From contig JAODGH010000039.1 of the NCBI GenBank assembly GCA_025464325.1, forward strand, positions 1-60,210: a DNA stretch of 60,210 nucleotides. Direction: 5' to 3'. How positions within the stretch are numbered: position 1 is the stretch's first letter; every line of letters begins with the position of its first letter. Both the position numbers and the translations under genes were made by a program. Positions 49,877 through 59,358 of this stretch are shown one piece after another. The notes beneath the pieces are model-generated. The model was not told where the DNA came from. It saw only the letters and a program-made list of their open reading frames with translations, and did not search any database. The stretch comes from Methanosarcinales archaeon. Its GTDB lineage: Archaea > Halobacteriota > Syntropharchaeia > Alkanophagales > Methanospirareceae.

Positions 49877-50194
49877 TCACATCCTCGGTTCGCCTTTCTT
49901 CCAGGGCTTCAAGCCCGTATAATATGCAGCTTTCATTATCGCATGTGTACCCACAGGGTTCGCCATAAAGATGAAGAACATCAGGAAGAAGAGTTTCACA
50001 CTGACAAACGACCAGCCCTGATACACCATACAGCCCAGTATTAACAGCACTTCACCGAGCGTATCGCACTTACCCGTTGCATGCAATCGCGTATAAAAGT
50101 CGGGTAACCGTAAAAGCCCTATCGCTCCCGTTATCATAAAGAAAAGCCCTCCTACCATCAGGATCGTTGCTACTATATCTATTATGCTGAACAT
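49877..50194 (-). CDS. mnhG: Mrp/Mnh subunit G
   Basis: GLLRLPDFYTRLHA..K.DTLG. Confidence 0.92.
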   Translation of the reverse strand: MFSIIDIVATILMVGGLFFMITGAIGLLRLPDFYTRLHATGKCDTLGEVLLILGCMVYQGWSFVSVKLFFLMFFIFMANPVGTHAIMKAAYYTGLKPWKKGEPRM

Positions 50195-50460
50195 ATTTCA
50201 CCCCTCTCGAGATATTTTGCTATGACCAGCGTACCAACGAAGTTTAACGCTGCATATAGAAGTGCGATATCCACAAACATCGGTCGCTCGAATATGTAAC
50301 CGATGGCAACCAGGAGCACAATTACTTTCGTACCTATAACATTAACCGCAGCCACCTGATTGAATACTCCCGGACCGCGCACTGCACGATACAGGCACAA
50401 AAGTACCGTAAATGCAATAGTAATGCCAACCACCAGGAAGACATCGGTCATCGAGAACAT
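50182..50460 (-). CDS. mnhF: Mrp/Mnh subunit F
   Basis: YRAVRGP, DIALLYA.LNF.GT..IAKYL. Confidence 0.88.
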   Translation of the reverse strand: MFSMTDVFLVVGITIAFTVLLCLYRAVRGPGVFNQVAAVNVIGTKVIVLLVAIGYIFERPMFVDIALLYAALNFVGTLVIAKYLERGEICSA

Positions 50461-50516
50461 TTTCTTTTACTATGGAGCGATGTATTATATATAAGTTTCG
50501 CTTTTTTTCACGCACG

Positions 50517-51095
50517 ATGTCCTTCGAGATGGCAAAGAAGAGGGCGCTCGCACGATTGCACACGCAGGGTGCAGATGATGACATAGCGGATCTTCTAATG
50601 CTGCTTAATAGCTATGATACGTATTACACAACCAGTAGCTGCTCTGGTAGGATCATTCTGCTGAGTATACCCGCAATAGGTGCGAAACGTGAAGCGGAAT
50701 TCGTCGGGAAATGGCACTTTGCAGTGGATAAATCCGCGATATTGGATGCAATAGCCGGGTGGAGCGCCTGCAATTGCGGTGGCGAGTTGTGGCTAATGGC
50801 GCAATCACCGATACTGCACGTATCATGTGCAGATATAGAGTGTGCGAAACTGCTACTGTCGCTCGCAATTACCGCGGGATTCAAGTATAGTGGTATAAAG
50901 AGTATATCAAACAGGCGGGTGATGGTAGAAATAATGAGCACAGAGCGTATGGATATTCCCATAGGCAAAGAAGGTGTGGTATTTTGCACTGATCAATATC
51001 TTGAGTTTATCGTCGCGAAAGCGAACTCCATGCTCGCTCGTGGTAAGACCAAATTGTCCAGGCTTCATTCGCTACTGGTGTCACTATGCCAGTAA
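50517..51095 (+). CDS. taw3: tRNA wyosine-derivative methyltransferase Taw3/Tyw3
   Basis: TTSSCSGR, KWH, PILHV, GFKYSG; start placed at ATG 50517. Confidence 0.92.
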   Translation: MSFEMAKKRALARLHTQGADDDIADLLMLLNSYDTYYTTSSCSGRIILLSIPAIGAKREAEFVGKWHFAVDKSAILDAIAGWSACNCGGELWLMAQSPILHVSCADIECAKLLLSLAITAGFKYSGIKSISNRRVMVEIMSTERMDIPIGKEGVVFCTDQYLEFIVAKANSMLARGKTKLSRLHSLLVSLCQ

Positions 51096-51862
51096 GCCGC
51101 AAGGATCTCAAATACGAGTCGTGCAGCATTGATGCTCGTAATCCCATTTTTGACGTCCAGTGATGGATTCACCTCCACTATATCACAGGCAATCACATCA
51201 CCTTCACTTATTATCCGTCGCACAAGCGCGATAAGAGCCGCAAGCGACAGCCCACACGGCTCCGGATCTTCTACTCCCGGAGCTATTCCCGGGTCGAGCA
51301 CATCGATATCGATTGACAGGTACAGCTTATCATGCGGTATCTCATCAATATCCTCATCATATATGCTTATGCGGTCTTTCATGAATTCGTACTCGTCCCA
51401 CGAAGCCGAACGGATACCCACCTCTATCACATTCTCAAAACCTGCTAACTCCGCCACCCGGCGCATCACACAGGCATTGGAGTACCTGTTGTTCAGGTAT
51501 GTATCCCGGAAATCGGCATGTGCATCTATAACAACCATCTTCGTCAATGCCTGCCGCTCGAAATAGTATTTGAAGAGTGGATACGTGATGGAATGGTCAC
51601 CGCCAAAGAATATCCGCCTCCGGTCTGTATCAAAGTCCAGGTGTGATATATCAAGATCGCCAGAATCGTAATATAGCAGGTCAGACAGTTCGAGCTTATC
51701 ACGCCACAGGAAGGTCTCAAGCCGGTGTGATGCGTGCCTTATCGCGTTCGGTGCCTCTCTTGCACCTTTCAGTGTGGCATTGTCATCAAAAGGGACACCC
51801 ATCAGCTCGTACTTCGCATTTGCACGATCCGTATCACGTAGAGAACCTGCGAATTTCTCCAT
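51065..51862 (-). CDS. speB: Agmatinase-like ureohydrolase
   Basis: GGDHSIT, DAHAD, SIDIDVLDP, VEVNP. Confidence 0.85.
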   Translation of the reverse strand: MEKFAGSLRDTDRANAKYELMGVPFDDNATLKGAREAPNAIRHASHRLETFLWRDKLELSDLLYYDSGDLDISHLDFDTDRRRIFFGGDHSITYPLFKYYFERQALTKMVVIDAHADFRDTYLNNRYSNACVMRRVAELAGFENVIEVGIRSASWDEYEFMKDRISIYDEDIDEIPHDKLYLSIDIDVLDPGIAPGVEDPEPCGLSLAALIALVRRIISEGDVIACDIVEVNPSLDVKNGITSINAARLVFEILAAYWHSDTSSE

Positions 51863-52517
51863 TATCCTTACCTCGTTCTCTCTTCAGTTTATTCGCGCAG
51901 AGGTGCGCAAGTCTTGTCGGTTCGGGTAGTTTATGCTTACGCATACAGCATTTAACAATGGATAACGCCGTTCCCGGTGATACTTTATGTCCGGGAGCCA
52001 CGATAAGAGGTCTGCACCCCCTCTTGCTCTTATAATAATAGGCGACTTCTCTATCATGGTACGTTATCGGGCTCGCTTCCCCGGGCTTATCGGGGATCGA
52101 TCCGGTACCACATAGCAGGTTCTTTGCTACTCCTATCGTCGGTATATCCAGAGTGACACCCACGTGGGTCGCTAAACCCGCGAATCTTGGATGGTTTATA
52201 CCGCATCCATCGATCATAAGGAGATCAGGTTTCGTATCAAGCTTCTCAAAAGCCGCTATTATCGCAGGTGCTTCACGGAACGATAGCAGTCCCGGTATGT
52301 ACGGGAAATCAACGGGCATTATTACACTCGAATGATAAAGTAACCGCATGGATGGGTATTCCAGAACAACGACCGCAGATATTATCTCTTCCTCATCGGC
52401 TCGGAGCTGTAAGAAAGCCTGATCTGCACCTCCCACGAGGTTCAGCGCATCCAGACGATCCTCTGCTATCGCCCTTGATGCTATCTCTTCCTGTATACGA
52501 TACAGATCTTCCATCAT
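51834..52517 (-). CDS. nfi: Endonuclease V
   Basis: FPYIPGLLSFRE, DGCGINHP, GVAK, LPEPTRLAH. Confidence 0.93.
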   Translation of the reverse strand: MMEDLYRIQEEIASRAIAEDRLDALNLVGGADQAFLQLRADEEEIISAVVVLEYPSMRLLYHSSVIMPVDFPYIPGLLSFREAPAIIAAFEKLDTKPDLLMIDGCGINHPRFAGLATHVGVTLDIPTIGVAKNLLCGTGSIPDKPGEASPITYHDREVAYYYKSKRGCRPLIVAPGHKVSPGTALSIVKCCMRKHKLPEPTRLAHLCANKLKRERGKDNGEIRRFST

Positions 52518-54032
52518 TTACACGGTTTGGGCTGCCTTCGCTATACCAACTATCTCATATATCTTTGTCACATCTATGTTATTCCTAACCAGTTCTGCCA
52601 GTTTATCGTATTCTTTATCCCAGTCGATATCATTTCTGCGGTTAAGTGGTGCAAGTCCTTTTCTCGTCCTTATGTGGTTCAGAAACGCACGTCTGAAGCC
52701 ATCGTTATCAAATAAACCGTGTATGTAAGTACCGATGACATTACCACATACAGCACCCCCACCTCTGTCTATAACCGTCTGCCCCGAACGCTCAATTATT
52801 GTGAATGCGCTTCTCACACCCTTGTTCTGTGAGAAGTATGTCCTGCCCATATGTATCTCATAGCCCGCGATTTCGCCCCTATAGAAATCCAGATCCACTT
52901 TTACGCGCACCTGATGCGTCAGTTTGTGGCGCTCAAAGACGGTCTCGGCAGGCAGTAGCCCCAGACCCCTGACCTCTCTCTGGCTGGATTCCACACCCCC
53001 GGGATCTATTATCGTATCACACAACATCTGATATCCACCACAAATACCGAGAATCATGCACCCGTTCATTGCATACCTGCGTATCTGAGCGGCATATCCG
53101 CTCTGTTTAAGATATAACAGATCGCTTATGGTGCTTTTAGAGCCTGGAATGATTATAAGATCCGGATCGGTTATCTCGTCGCCCATACCCACATAGCGTA
53201 ATGATACATCGGGTTCCACGTCCAGGGCATCGAAATCCGTGAAATTGGATATGTGTGGCAGGTAAACGATCTCTATCCGTATCGCATTTGTTTCTACTCC
53301 TCTCGCCTTCTCAACCGAAAGCGAATCCTCTTCCTGTATCATTATGCCTTTGAAATAGGGTATGACACCAATCACCGGCTTATTGAGCCGGCGTTCAAGA
53401 AACTCCAGTCCTGGACTGAGTATCCCGATATCGCCCCTGAACCTGTTTATAATGATGCCTTTTACCAGTTCTCGCTCTTCTGGCTCCAGTAGTTCCAGCG
53501 TACCCACCAGCCATGCAAATACACCTCCACGATCGATATCACCGACGAGCAGAACGGGCGCATTGAAAAGTCTGGCTATGGTCATATTCACGATATCGTT
53601 CTCACGCAGATTCACCTCTGCTGGACTTCCAGCGCCTTCTATTACCACTATATCGTTCTCACGGTCGAGTTTTGTGAAGCACTCTTTTATAAGACCCAGC
53701 GCCTTTGGCTTGTACTCATGATACTCGCGTGCACTCATATTGCCTATGGGCTTACCGCGCACAATTACCTGCGCTCCTGTATCACTTGAAGGTTTCAATA
53801 ATATCGGATTCATCTCTACTGTGGGCTCTTTTCGTGCAGCAAATGCCTGAAACGCCTGCGCTCGACCTATCTCGTAACCATCGCGAGTGACATACGAGTT
53901 AAGTGCCATGTTCTGCGATTTAAATGGCGCAACACTGAATCCATCCTGTGTGAATATACGGCATAATGCGGCGACAATTATGCTCTTGCCCACGCCAGAG
54001 CCCGTACCCTGTATCATTATACGCTTCGCCAT
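52518..54032 (-). CDS. cbiP: Cobyric acid synthase
   Basis: QGTGSGVGKS, PFKSQNM, EGAGSPAE, ICGGYQML, GYEIH. Confidence 0.96.
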   Translation of the reverse strand: MAKRIMIQGTGSGVGKSIIVAALCRIFTQDGFSVAPFKSQNMALNSYVTRDGYEIGRAQAFQAFAARKEPTVEMNPILLKPSSDTGAQVIVRGKPIGNMSAREYHEYKPKALGLIKECFTKLDRENDIVVIEGAGSPAEVNLRENDIVNMTIARLFNAPVLLVGDIDRGGVFAWLVGTLELLEPEERELVKGIIINRFRGDIGILSPGLEFLERRLNKPVIGVIPYFKGIMIQEEDSLSVEKARGVETNAIRIEIVYLPHISNFTDFDALDVEPDVSLRYVGMGDEITDPDLIIIPGSKSTISDLLYLKQSGYAAQIRRYAMNGCMILGICGGYQMLCDTIIDPGGVESSQREVRGLGLLPAETVFERHKLTHQVRVKVDLDFYRGEIAGYEIHMGRTYFSQNKGVRSAFTIIERSGQTVIDRGGGAVCGNVIGTYIHGLFDNDGFRRAFLNHIRTRKGLAPLNRRNDIDWDKEYDKLAELVRNNIDVTKIYEIVGIAKAAQTV

Positions 54033-54074
54033 CTCTACTTACTGTGAATGCCCGTGAACGAACCACAGGTTTAG

Positions 54075-54356
54075 TCAGAATATCCGCGGACCTTTGAAGT
54101 ACCCGCCGTCACGTTTCGGTGCGTTTTTAAGTGCTTCCTCCTGGCTCAGTGGTTCCTTCGGCTCATCGCGTCTCATCACGTCTCTTAGCCCCACCACATG
54201 ATACGTGGGTTCAACACCTTCCGTATCAAGCTCATCAAGTACCGAGAAATAATCGAGTATAGAGCCCAATTGCTTCTCAAACCGCTCCTTCTCACCTTCA
54301 TCGAGTTCTATCCGCGCCAGCCACGCTATATGCTCTATCTCCTCCCGCTTTATCAT
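54075..54356 (-). CDS. gatC: Amidotransferase subunit C
   Basis: IAWLARI..L..ILDYF..L.ELDT..R.D..LKNAP...YFKGPRI. Confidence 0.92.
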   Translation of the reverse strand: MIKREEIEHIAWLARIELDEGEKERFEKQLGSILDYFSVLDELDTEGVEPTYHVVGLRDVMRRDEPKEPLSQEEALKNAPKRDGGYFKGPRIF

Positions 54357-54431
54357 TTATTTCTACACCAAATTTTAAATAATCACTCTTTAATTTAGGA
54401 TATACGGATAAAAATTAGGTGGCAGTCAATA

Positions 54432-55427
54432 ATGAAAGCAGTGATACTCGCGGGTGGTTATGGTACCCGGCTTCGACCACTTACCTTCAGTACCCCAAAA
54501 GCCATGATACCGCTTGTCAACAGACCTGTGATCGATTACATACTGGATTATCTCTCGAGTTATGGGCTGAAGGACATAGTGATTACAACGCATTATCTCA
54601 GGGACCAGACGATAAACTATCTGAGCAGGCGAAAGGATTTGAAACTCTCGTATCCGGAGGAACCTTTACCGCTGGGTACTGCGGGTTCTGTAAAGAATGC
54701 GGGTATTGATGATACCGTACTGGTAATTCAGGGGGACAACATAACAGATATAAACCTGAAGGAACTGATGAAGTTCCATAGCAGGCACGGACGGCTTGTA
54801 ACTATAGCACTCATCACCGTGCCAAATCCTTCGCTATACGGTATAGCGGAGATAGAGCAGTCCAGCGGCAGGGTGGAACGATTCCTGGAGAAACCTTCAC
54901 CCCGGGACTGCTTCTCCAACCTTGCCAATACCGGTCTCTACATAATAGAGCCGGAAGCACTGGAATATGTCCCCAGAGGACGCGCTTTTGACTTCTCCCG
55001 GGATCTGTTCCCCATACTTGTCGCGCGTAACGAGGTCTATGGTTGCGTGGTTGAAGGCTTCTGGACCGATATAGGATCGCCGAAGGGGTACATGGAAGCG
55101 AGCAAATGGATTCTGGATAAGATCGGGTTCGAATGTGCGGATACCGCAAAGATAACGGACAGCGAGATCAGTGGTAACGTTGCTATCGGAGAGCATGCGG
55201 TTATAAACAGATCGAAGATAAGAGGTCCCGCAGTGATAGGCAGCCATGCCATGCTAAATACGAGTACGATACACGCGTCTGTTGTGTTTCCCAGGGTTGA
55301 CCTGGACGAAACCCTGCTATTTAATACCGTGATTGGCGAGGACACAGTAATAAAGAAGGCGGAGATAAGTGATTCTATACTTGGTGCCAGATGTGAGTTA
55401 AGAACCTGCCATTGCAGCAGGACCTGA
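54432..55427 (+). CDS. NDP-sugar pyrophosphorylase (mannose-1-P guanylyltransferase-like) with hexapeptide tail
   Basis: AGGYGTRLRPLT..PK, PLGTAG, FLEKP, WTDIG. Confidence 0.88.
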   Translation: MKAVILAGGYGTRLRPLTFSTPKAMIPLVNRPVIDYILDYLSSYGLKDIVITTHYLRDQTINYLSRRKDLKLSYPEEPLPLGTAGSVKNAGIDDTVLVIQGDNITDINLKELMKFHSRHGRLVTIALITVPNPSLYGIAEIEQSSGRVERFLEKPSPRDCFSNLANTGLYIIEPEALEYVPRGRAFDFSRDLFPILVARNEVYGCVVEGFWTDIGSPKGYMEASKWILDKIGFECADTAKITDSEISGNVAIGEHAVINRSKIRGPAVIGSHAMLNTSTIHASVVFPRVDLDETLLFNTVIGEDTVIKKAEISDSILGARCELRTCHCSRT

Positions 55428-55508
55428 AGCTGCAGCTTTCGGTCGGTTAGAGAACGGTGCGATCTTATTACATTTATGTTTCAACGCGCATATCGCAATT
55501 TTCTCACA

Positions 55509-56036
55509 TCATCTCTTTATACTGTCCAGCAATCGCTTCAGCAAACTTTTGTATTCATCCTCCCTGCCCGGGGGTATGTTGGTGAAGCTCATCCGGGCGT
55601 TTGGATGATAATACCGGTCTATGGATAATGTACGCATCAGTGGCTCTATAGCGAAATTCTTTATGCAGGATAGCATCTGTGATGCATAATAATAGGTGAT
55701 ACCGAAGATTATAACGAGGTCGTAATTGCCCGCTCCATCCATACCTTTCCATTCGGGATCCCTCAAACAGTTGGTGAGCTCATGCAGGTTATAATAATTA
55801 ACGTTGTACCCCCGCTCCACAAACCCCTTTATGCTGTGTCCTGTTGCAGCAATTGGTATACCCATATTGAGCATTTCTATCGCTATCTCTACAAAAAACC
55901 CGTCACGCAGTATCTCGGAGCCAGTAATGAGCAACGGTCTTCTCGCATTCGAGATATAACTACCCGCGACCTCCGGTGATACTACCTCGCCGGTATCAGG
56001 ACCCGGAATATTCGCTACATCAAAAGCAGTCTCCAT
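55509..56036 (-). CDS. cdhB: ACDS complex epsilon subunit
   Basis: ARRPLLITG, DPEWKGMDG.GNYD, IDRYYHPNA.MSF.N; GGAGG RBS. Confidence 0.88.
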   Translation of the reverse strand: METAFDVANIPGPDTGEVVSPEVAGSYISNARRPLLITGSEILRDGFFVEIAIEMLNMGIPIAATGHSIKGFVERGYNVNYYNLHELTNCLRDPEWKGMDGAGNYDLVIIFGITYYYASQMLSCIKNFAIEPLMRTLSIDRYYHPNARMSFTNIPPGREDEYKSLLKRLLDSIKR

Positions 56037-56090
56037 ATGACATACCTCCTATTAATAAAACCCTCTAATAAATAAAAGAGTTTAAATAAT

Positions 56091-56778
56091 GTATCTATTC
56101 AGGTTTTTTAAAGTTATTCCTGCAGCCGATTTTAGAAAATTATTTGTAATGGCTATTTCTTTTCCAGATATAACGAATGGATAAAGGTTATCTACCGATT
56201 ATGGAGGAATTGCAGCAGGAAAACAGAGAATTACGGGAAGAGGTCAAACGTCTACGGAAGGGACTCTAAGAGAAAGAATCGAAACTCAACGAACTGCAAG
56301 AAGAGGTTCAAGAGTTGAATGAGCAAAACCAGATGAGTCATTCCATTTTCGGTTCAAAATCATCCTGAAAGCGGAGAGGTTCGAACGCGAGTGAGGTGCT
56401 CGAAACCAGAGAGGAGAGGGGTAGGGTACATGCCGATTTTGTGGAGAGAACGGAGGGGTTCGTAACGCTGGAGAGGCAATGGAACCATCACGTACTGAAT
56501 AAGCTGGTGAAACGGGCACTGAAGTACCGCGAAGAGCTATTCACTTTCGTACTCGTTCCCGGAGTTGATCCTACGAACAACGTCGCTGAGCGTGCTCTCA
56601 GGTAAGGTGTGCTGCAGAGGAGGATATGGGGGATGCTTCAGGACAAAAAGGGTACTAAAAACAGCGATATCATGATGAGCGTTATGGGAACGATGAGAAT
56701 CCAGAATAAAGACTTCTTCTCCCACGGAAAGGAATATATCCACGGCAAATTGAGTTGAAAAAAAAAGTGAATAGGTGC
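56091..56778 (+). mobile_element. Internally deleted IS66-family relic
   Basis: Ends GTATCTATTCAG and GTGAATAGGTGC (imperfect inverted repeat). Coiled-coil N-terminal fragment MDKGYLPIMEELQQENREL with an in-frame stop; LFTF..PGVDPTNNVAERALR motif followed by a stop. Confidence 0.8.
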
Positions 56779-56906
56779 CCCAATAGTAATGACAGAGCCA
56801 GGCTATAGCATAAATCTTTTTTTAATAGTACTTCAGATGCTATTTCTCTATTATAACGAAGTGTTCATCACTACTGTATAGTTTGTTAATAAGAAACTCA
56901 AATAAT

Positions 56907-57130
56907 CGGTGTTGAATACGTTCTTTATTACGATGTAATGCACTTCACCAGGTATCTTCTTACGACTTATACGCTTATTCCGCAGTTTATCTCGTTGCCC
57001 GTTTCAGTGTGGCATTTACCGGTGCACCGATAACCCGTATCACGACAAACAACTTCTTTGCCAGATGGATCTATTTAAGAATCGCAGACCGATGCGGTTG
57101 TTGTTTCAAAGTGGTTTTTTGTAAAATCTC
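56907..57130 (-). mobile_element. Second degraded copy of the IS5-like element
   Basis: Minus strand reads GAGATTTTACAAAAAAC (left inverted repeat), then sequence colinear with 11163-11330, including identical TTATCGGTGCACCGGTAAA and AAACTGCGGAATAAGCGTATAA. Confidence 0.85.
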
Positions 57131-57313
57131 CTTAGATAAAATACATAGATTTACACCCCACTCTGAGATAAAGAGCACTTCTCCTGGTGTCGTTTTGATT
57201 GGTATTGCTATTTCATCTGGCTTTAGATATAAAAGAAGCCTACAAAGGCTTACTGAAAGGTGACGTTTTGCTGGAGGGTTAAATAGATAGATACTATCTA
57301 TGATACCGGCATA

Positions 57314-58096
57314 TCACATAAGATACTTCTTTATCGCATAAAATACGTCCTGCGGACGTTCTATATCATAATCAACATTCACCGTTATCAGCAATGCGTT
57401 TTCGTGATGGTCACCCTTTATCCGCCCGCTCTTTGTGTATTCTGGTAGTGTCTGCACTTTCGCTTCTCCAAATGAGCAGAACCCGTGATCCGATATCACA
57501 ATCAGCCTGTTGTCACCATCCAGAAACCCGGTATCAAATATGAGTTCCCCGATCGCATCGTCCACGCGTTTGTACCACTCAAGCACGTAATCCTCACCCC
57601 AGTGGAAATGCTGGATCCTGTCCAGAAGTGTATAAACCGATACGAGCAGATCGGGACCCTCCGCAATCAACCGTTTCGTCTCAGCCGTGACCCGTACCAG
57701 TTCCTCCGTCCATTCCTTCTCGTTCGTCGGCAACCCGAACCCAACGGGCTTGAAATCCACGTTGAACGAGTACGGTGGCACGACAAACGGTACATTCAAC
57801 ACTCTCACGCTCTTACCCGCATCATGCAATAAGTCCCATATAAAATCCACTTTTATAGCATCTCTTACCACTATCTCACCATTTACGACATAGCTCTCAT
57901 GTCTGTGCTCTGTCGGGAGCTTACCCGAGAACATACTGCACCATACAGATGCAGACACAGGCTTCTCCTCCAGTGTAATAGTTTTGCTTTCCCCGATCTC
58001 CACAAGCTTTTTGAAACTGCTCAGTCTCGTCAGATTCGGTCTTACAATAGACCACGTAGCAGCATCTATACCCAGAACAAAGAACGTACCCGTCAT
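57314..58096 (-). CDS. Alkaline-phosphatase-superfamily protein (nucleotide pyrophosphatase/phosphodiesterase-like)
   Basis: LGIDAA, SASVWCSMFSG, DRIQH, ISDHGF, GDHH metal ligands. Confidence 0.82.
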   Translation of the reverse strand: MTGTFFVLGIDAATWSIVRPNLTRLSSFKKLVEIGESKTITLEEKPVSASVWCSMFSGKLPTEHRHESYVVNGEIVVRDAIKVDFIWDLLHDAGKSVRVLNVPFVVPPYSFNVDFKPVGFGLPTNEKEWTEELVRVTAETKRLIAEGPDLLVSVYTLLDRIQHFHWGEDYVLEWYKRVDDAIGELIFDTGFLDGDNRLIVISDHGFCSFGEAKVQTLPEYTKSGRIKGDHHENALLITVNVDYDIERPQDVFYAIKKYLM

Positions 58097-58102
58097 CGTC
58101 GC

Positions 58103-59326
58103 TTAAACACCCAAATCCGTCTGTAGAACTACACCCGCCCCGATGTTCCTGCCGTCTTTTACAAGAACGAACCTGCCAAGTTCCGGTATATCCACGAACC
58201 GTTCCACCACCAGCGGCTCGGTAGCAAATTCAATCGTTGCGGCATCGTGCTCACTTATCGATTCGGGATTCTCTTCCAGTACCTCCCCGGTCTCTGAATC
58301 TATCTTCTCTTTTATGTCGCTCACCTCGCATCTCACCTTCGCAGTGCCGCATCTGAGCTCTAAGATATCTCCCCTTCTCAGTTCATCACCGAGAAAGACG
58401 GTCTCGCCGAAAAAGCTCCTTACTGCTCGTGGCGGGTCTTCTAATGGACCTCCAACATCTCCTCGCCTCACCGTACCCTCAATCACAATACCGGCGCAGT
58501 CACCGGTCGTGGCTTCATCATCTTCACGACCGAAAAACCTCAGCCCTTCTATTCGCGCCCTTACTCCGGACGGTTCGAACAATATCTCGTCACCTCGCCT
58601 CAATACGCCTGATTCCACACGTCCAACCACTACCTTCTCGGTTTCCAACTCGTAAACGTCCTGCACCACAAACCGCAGCGGTTTCGTTTCTCTTTCCAGC
58701 GTCACTTCATCCAGAGCCTCTATCAACGTTTGTCCATCGTACCAATCCATCTTCTCGCTGCTGCTGTATATGTTGTCTCCCTCCATCGCCGAGACCGGTA
58801 TGAATGTGACTTCTTCAGCATCATAACCAAAGGCACTCAAGACTTCACTTATCTGGCTCCTGATCGTCTCAAATCGCTCCTTACTGTATGCAACCGCATC
58901 CATCTTGTTCACCGCTACGAAAAGATTGTCTATACCGAGCATCCTCAACAGGAACAGGTGTCGTCTCGTCTGCTCCTGCACACCTTCCACCACAGATACC
59001 ACCAGTACCGCTACGTCTGCATGTGACGCGCCCGTGAGCATGTTCTTTATGAACTCCTTATGCCCCGGCACGTCTGTTATCGTGTAGCAGTTCTTTTTAC
59101 CCATGAACATCAAACTCACTGTATCTATCGTCCGCTCTTCCTTGAGCTCATCCTCAAAAGAATCGAGGAAATACGCAAACTCAAACCTGCGTTTGTATTC
59201 CTCAACAAGTTTCTGTATCTCTTCCACACGCTCGCTCTTTATACTCGCACTGTCGTACAGCAGCCGTCCTATCAGTGTAGACTTGCCATGATCCACATGC
59301 CCCACAAGAACTACATTCACATTCAT
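58103..59326 (-). CDS. cysN: Sulfate adenylyltransferase subunit 1 (GTPase)
   Basis: GHVDHGKST, DVPGH, NKMD, SAMEG; follows cysD; start placed at ATG 59326. Confidence 0.88.
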   Translation of the reverse strand: MNVNVVLVGHVDHGKSTLIGRLLYDSASIKSERVEEIQKLVEEYKRRFEFAYFLDSFEDELKEERTIDTVSLMFMGKKNCYTITDVPGHKEFIKNMLTGASHADVAVLVVSVVEGVQEQTRRHLFLLRMLGIDNLFVAVNKMDAVAYSKERFETIRSQISEVLSAFGYDAEEVTFIPVSAMEGDNIYSSSEKMDWYDGQTLIEALDEVTLERETKPLRFVVQDVYELETEKVVVGRVESGVLRRGDEILFEPSGVRARIEGLRFFGREDDEATTGDCAGIVIEGTVRRGDVGGPLEDPPRAVRSFFGETVFLGDELRRGDILELRCGTAKVRCEVSDIKEKIDSETGEVLEENPESISEHDAATIEFATEPLVVERFVDIPELGRFVLVKDGRNIGAGVVLQTDLGV

Positions 59327-59358
59327 ATTTCTCTTTCCACTTTCATTACCTCTCGGGT

